Assembly: GCA_010909165.1 (NCBI GenBank)
Contig: MU008204.1
Coordinates: 265,810-329,809, forward strand
DNA length: 64,000 nucleotides
Direction of reading: 5' to 3'
Origin: Anthoceros angustus
Taxonomy: Eukaryota; Plantae; Anthocerotophyta
The translations under genes and the position numbers were made by a program. The notes under the pieces are model-generated. The model was not told where the DNA came from and searched no databases. It worked only from the letters and a program-made list of their open reading frames with translations. Below, piece by piece: positions 58,640 through 64,000 of the stretch (position 1 is its first letter; every line of letters starts with the position of its first letter).

Positions 58640-60027
58640 TCCCGCCATCACGTACAAGAAGGTGCACAGGCCGAACAAAAGATAACATACAAGCTGTTGC
58701 AACCCTTCCAGTTTCCCGTCACTCTCCCGTTTCTGTTCCAGTGCACGGGCTATTGCTGCTTCCATCCACCTGTTCTCAGCTTCGACCTGTGATATCACAA
58801 TCCCAGTATCAGCACTACAACAACAGAACGAGACTAAAAAGTTTGACAAGGGATTACCGTATGCATCCTGGAACCTGTTCTGCAGCAGCAGCCCGCTGCC
58901 TCTCCACCTCCAGCTGCTGCTTCAGACATGCTTGTTCCTGCAGAGAGAAACCCAGCGTCGACTGATGTGTCAAAACATGAGACAGGACAATTGACATTTG
59001 CAACAGTTAAGTGCGTAAGGGCAATCGCGGATTACTCAGACAGCAGTACCTTCCGTACACGCTCTAGCCATCCTGCATCAACAAGCCACTTTTGTTGCCA
59101 TCGACGAGGTGGACCCACAGCATTGAGAGAAAGAGGCATCTGGAGGTCTGGAGTCCAGCCATCCTCTCAATTCCCATGTCTCGTCAGCCAGGTGTTGCTT
59201 GTGCTAGTAACGCTGAAAATCCAACGAGACAGTCAGACAACTACCCGTGCAAATTCGAGGAGTACGCAGTCCTATAGCAGGAGGAAAAGAGTCTCGTTTT
59301 CGGAGAACGTTTGGACAGAATCTTCAGAGCTCATAATCTCACTGACTGCAAATCCAATCAGGGCAGAGAAAGAAAACCTGCTGGCAGCATCCTTGTCCAT
59401 GAACCTGCTGAGCTGCTCACTGGGACCTGCTAACCATCCAGAGTCATGCTGAGAGGAGGACAGGCCGTTGGTTGTAAGAAGCATCGACTTCTCTGAGGGC
59501 TTTGACACATAAATTCCCATGTTCAGGGAACCTCTCGCTCGTTTGCGGAAATTGTCAAAACCACCGTCCAGCCTTGAGGAGGTGGGAGATAAGAAGCTCC
59601 TGTCCTGCAAGGGTAATTGAAACGGTGGATGGCCCCTGGCTTCGGGAGATATTCTTGTGATATCTTTCTCCATCTGCAGCAATGCAGCATCGACCTCCGC
59701 GTTCCGTGTCGCCTTCTCCATCTCTAGCGCTCTCACTGCTGCTTGAGCAGCTTCACCCTGCCTCTCGGACTCCGCAACTCTTAACTTCAGAAGCCGAAGG
59801 CCTACTATCATCACCAAGACTGGGCCAAACCAGCTCATCCTCGAAACGTGTTTCCTGCAGTAAGGCCTTTGCCAGCTCCCAGCCGGCACCATTATCCGCA
59901 TCCGGAATCGCAAAGTCATCTTTGTGAATCCTAGCCTGTTCTCGCGGTGGTGGACAGCCATGGATGTATAGGATGCAAGGTTTCCTGGTTGGGGATGCTT
60001 CTCATCCGCAGAGAAGTTGTTGGCCAA
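58640..60027 (-). pseudogene. coiled-coil protein pseudogene, spliced, family unassigned
   Basis: The 251-aa ORF 59272-60027 (ESERQGEAAQAAVRALEMEK...) continues in frame past TAG, TGA and TGA to WLERVRK|GT. Further exons read EQACLKQQLEVERQRAAAAEQ and VEAENRWMEAAIARALEQKRES. Confidence 0.5.
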
Positions 60028-61189
60028 GATGGTGAAGGTTCATGTCTCTCATTTGGAAGAGGTTGATACCTTCATTCGAACCCTGGGAAAATGACCAGAG
60101 CAAGGAGTCCCAGTTTATGCTGCTGAAGGGATGTTAGCGTCTGGGAAAATGGATGCCGGGCACATAATCAACCAACGAGGTTCGGAAGATCATTGGGGCG
60201 CCGTCTTCGCTGCAGCTGGGCTAGGCAAGACAGTGCCTGTCACTGTGGTTCAAACCGAAGCTGAAGTTGCTGCTGCAGGAATCGCTAGCAGTCAAGGTCT
60301 GCACCTGTTTCCAGGTGTTTCCATCTTTTGTGCCGGCTCCCACATCATGAAGACATGCTTGCAGCAGAATCATCTTTCACGTCCAGCTTCAATGCTTCGT
60401 TGGAAGCATGCATCCCACCTCTAATTTTCGCACTTTTGACAGTCACCCGAGAGAAATGTACCGAACTGCCGCAGTAGCCAGTACAATGAACATTAGTGCC
60501 CTCGTCTACATAGTTGGCCTGCACGGCCCAGGAGATCCAGCATGAAGCCTGTCTACATCCAGATGGTGGATTCGGGGCTGTGCTCGGATTGCACCCACAA
60601 TAGAATTCTTGGATACCCACTCACACAGAACACCTGCATCTCGAAGTAGCCAAGCCCGCTCTTCAATGTCATGTACTTGGGACACCCCGGTTTACGGCTG
60701 CCCTTGTACATACAAACCAGCTTGCATCACATACTACCCAACGATCTTCCGCCAAAGCCAAGGTGTCCCTCACCACCGGGCCAGAGCACATCAACAGAGA
60801 TGTGTCTGTTCCATCCAGGCAGCCCTGTACGATCCAGGTGCTCAGACGGTGTACGGCTTGGACCAATTTACGACTTTATTTTGATTTCAGTGTGACTCCA
60901 TGGGCTGCCTTGCAGCTAGTGTAGTGGTGTCAGCGCAGCTGCCCATGGTGCAGACAGGGGTTCCAATTCTGGCGGTGCACACTTCGTGTTCACGTTCCTA
61001 CTCAGTGCAGTTTGTCATATGGTCTTTTCAGCTTGGCCACTACATGGCGTTGCCTGGCTCTGCGGATGAGGAGCATCACCAACCAGCGCCAGGTCCTGTA
61101 CGTCCATAGCTGTCCTCCAGCTCTTATCCGGCTGTTTGTACTGTCCTGGCCTGTATCTGGGCTCCGGTTGATATGTTTGACATTCGTGC

Positions 61190-63095
61190 TGCAGCCACGC
61201 ATTTGGAGCTTTTGGTGGAGCAGAAGCTGGTCACCCCCACCGGACCCGGACAACGTTTCACGGGGCTTGGTGCTCGCTGCCTGTGACGCAGCATGACAGG
61301 ATTTGGAAAGCGTATGTGAAATTTGTGACCAGGCCAGCAGGGTGTGCCGATTCAGACTTCTCTGAAGCTCGACCCCAACCATGTGGAGGATTTCATACAG
61401 TTTTTGGTGTCTGCCAAGAGGGGGCGGGAGGTAGCGGAGAAGTTGGCTCAGTGTTTGAATTATGAGACCTCTCAGTCTGTGACAGGCAAGATCAGGCACC
61501 AGCGCTAGCTGTGGCTGGAGTTGGGCCACTTGCTCACCACCCATGCGCCCGGTTGATGGTTGATGCTATCATTCGTAGGGGGGATTCGCAAGTTAAGTTT
61601 ACTGATGAGGTAGGTCGACTTTGGACAGCTCTTGCAGACTACTACATCCGTAGAAGCTTTTTTTGAGAAAGCCAGAGATGTGTATGAAGAGGGAGCGATG
61701 ACGACTGTGATAACTGTGACACATTTCACTCTCATTTTTTATGCCTGCACTCAATTCGAGGACAGCTAGGATGGAGACAATGGATGTGGGGCATCCCACG
61801 ACTTGGAAGAGTAGGATGTCGCCGCATCGGAGGCAGCCGGGGAGCTTGACAATAAGAAGGAAAAACGGGGCTGCTTCTCTTCCTTCAAACAGTGGCAGAG
61901 CTGGTGTGGGAGCGCGCGCGAGCTTCTGCTTCTGTCAAACTTCTGGTTGAAGGATGATAACGATGTCGACATAAAGGCTGGATCGCCGGCCAGAAGTGGT
62001 AAGCAGTGTTCCCCTCAGGCAAAATCCACACAATGTGCATGAAATGGCATAAGAGAGCGGAGCTTTTCAAGGATAACCCAGCCAAGCAGATCCTTACATT
62101 TCACAGAAGCTGTCAACACTGTGGGCAAGCCATGTGACAAGCGCTATGGATGGCCTTTGCCCATTTGTACGAAGCCCACAACGATCTTGAGAATGTAAGG
62201 GTGATTCTCGATAAGGCCGTGCAAGACAGTTGATGATCTGGCTACCGTGTGGTGTGACTGGGCAGGGCAGGGCAGGGCAGGGCAGGGCAGGGCAGGGCAG
62301 GGCAGGGCAGGGCAGGGCAGGGCAGGGCAGGGCAGGGCAGGGCAGGGCAGGGCAGGCAGGGCAGGGCAGGCAGGGCAGGGCAGGGCAGGGCAGGGCAGGG
62401 CAGGGCAGGGCAGGGCAGGGCAGGGCAGGGCAGGGCAGGGCAGGGCAGGGCAGGGCAGGGCAGGCAGGGCAGGGCAGGGCAGGGCAGGGCAGGGCAGGGC
62501 AGGGCAGGGCAGGGCAGGGCAGAGGCAGGGCAGGAGCAGGGCAGGGCAGGGCAGGGCAGGGCAGGGCAGGGCAGGGCAGGGCAGGGCAGGGCAGGCAGGG
62601 CAGGGCAGGGCAGGCAGGGCAGGGCAGGGCAGGGCAGGGCAGGGCAGGGCAGGGCAGGGCAGGGCAGGGCAGGGCAGGGCAGGGCAGGGCAGGCAGGGCA
62701 GGGCAGGGCAGGGCAGGCAGGGCAGGGCAGGGCAGGGCAGGGCAGGGCAGGGCAGGGCAGGGCAGGGCAGGGCAGGCAGGGCAGGGCAGGGCAGGGCAGG
62801 GCAGGGCAGGGCAGGGCAGGGCAGGGCAGGGCAGGGCAGGGCAGGGCAGGCAGGGCAGGGCAGAAATTTCAAAGGTGCTCTGAACTAATGAGACGTGCAG
62901 CTGCTGAGCCTAATGCTGCAGTGAGGAGGAAAGGTAAGCACTTTGTGGGCGGCTAGTCATGCACATGCACGTGAACAAGAAGTTGGACATATCTGATGAG
63001 GAGTGTATATCTTGTTCTGTAATCTTGTGCTCGTGGACTGCTTACAGTTGCTGCAGATGGCGAAGAGCCAGTTGAGATGAAGCCCTGTGGACAGC
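61190..63095 (+). pseudogene. SYF1: SYF1 fragment, fourth copy, with the native 5' extension
   Basis: PRIW...LVEQKLVT...LPVTQHDRIWKAYVKFV precedes the sequence shared with units 1-3. The homologous downstream flank continues to the window end. Confidence 0.9.
62260..62863 (+). repeat. (GGGCA)n microsatellite, ~120 units
   Basis: 604 bp of GGGCA with occasional GGCA units. It accounts for the spurious GQGRA/PALP ORFs. Confidence 0.97.
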
Positions 63096-64000
63096 TTCTA
63101 CGTTGGCAGGAAATCAGAAATTCTGTTAACGTTGCCGAACCCTAGGCAAACAGCCTGGTCATTCTGTTGACTACAGGTGATGAAATCTAATCTTTGGATG
63201 TTGGTCCTCCTCATGTAGAGCTCCAAAGAGCGACACCTAGGCTAGGCTAGCCTCACGCATATCACTGCCGAGTTTCCGCACAACACCAATAGTGATGTTG
63301 TGGCTCATCCCTCTGTCCCTTGCATGATCTCAAACAGACGACAAGCTTTTCCATGGACTCTTGCCATTGTTGCTCAGGTCATTATGCATGAATCAAAGTT
63401 TGAAGCTGATGATACGGGGTTCAGTTCCGTTCCTCCCACCGTGACGGTTCAACGCTCACTCAAATTAACACTCTTCGCACACAGCTTTCAAAAGAGAGTT
63501 AGTTATACACTACAAGATTGACCTCTGCTTGCTTCTTCCGGTCGCTGGCCGAACAAGCTGTAGGCTCCATTAAGATGTCCAATCTTTCCCGAGACAAATC
63601 TATTCAAGTGCAGAGAGCTTATAAGTAACAGCAGACGGCGTTGCCTGCCTGAGCTTCATTTCTTCAAAGAGCAAGATTGAACTTGCTTGCTTTTGCAAGA
63701 CCACGGTCGTCTGAACGTATGCGACTGGAGCATGATTCCACCCTCTGTTCTCCAAAAACAGACAGGAGGAAAGATTCCTGCACCTGCTTCACATCACATC
63801 ACATGACAGCAAACCTTGAGGATAATGTTGTGTGTGATAAAACGGGAGGCAAGCCAAATTCCCTCCCCAATGTTGCTAAGCGAGCAGACCCAAAACACCT
63901 TGTAATGGATCTGCCTTTTCCAGCGCATGAATATTGCAATGTGTGGTGTGCACTTGCATTCAGTCTGACTCCTTTTGATGGTGATCATGAGTTGTGAATC

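Noticed and set aside
50515-60027. Idea that in-frame stops in the nuclear pseudogenes are removed by U-to-C editing
   Set aside because: Every stop codon begins with T, so being one C-T step from a sense codon is trivial. U-to-C editing is known from organelles, and methylation-driven C-to-T mutation is the simpler explanation.
60060-60900. GC-rich stretch with several 65-97-aa ORFs
   Set aside because: The overlapping ORFs have no recognisable motif and cannot be supported as genes.
62144-62888. Long ORFs of 213-242 aa (GQGRA / PALPC repeats)
   Set aside because: They are pure translations of the stop-free GGGCA microsatellite.

Overview
This is eukaryotic land-plant nuclear DNA. The PPR motif variants (36-aa P, 37-aa long-L, and a WKPPGQSLWTD PG-box) suggest a hornwort-like lineage, but that is an inference. 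From left to right the window holds: (1) a PLS-class PPR RNA-editing-factor gene on the minus strand (5931-904), ending in E1/E2 plus a truncated DYW N-terminus; (2) a two-exon BURP-domain gene (7036-8359); (3) a Ty1/copia retrotransposon (9691-16351) with both 184-bp LTRs, a GAGAT TSD, a PBS folded into a 40-bp hairpin, and protease/integrase replaced by a triplicated LTR-like insert, all sitting inside a minisatellite; (4) an LRR remnant; (5) a second, divergently oriented PPR paralog (18241 onward) that breaks up into about 7.5 kb of reshuffled PLS modules and is joined in frame to 11S-globulin (cupin) sequence at short microhomologies; (6) a five-exon legumin-like bicupin gene (30006-31757); (7) three ~6.5-kb tandem patchwork units made of cupin, PPR and SYF1/XAB2 fragments (30733-49736); (8) an AT-rich segment with a cryptic seven-exon gene that the ORF track misses (51745-50515); (9) several local tandem duplications and a coiled-coil pseudogene; (10) a fourth SYF1 pseudogene copy in which a GGGCA microsatellite has grown from 5 to about 120 units. 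Caveat: many repeat copies differ by scattered 1-3-nt indels typical of under-polished long-read consensus. Many frameshifts, and possibly some chimeric junctions and duplications, may therefore be assembly artefacts. No rRNA, tRNA or CRISPR features are supported.
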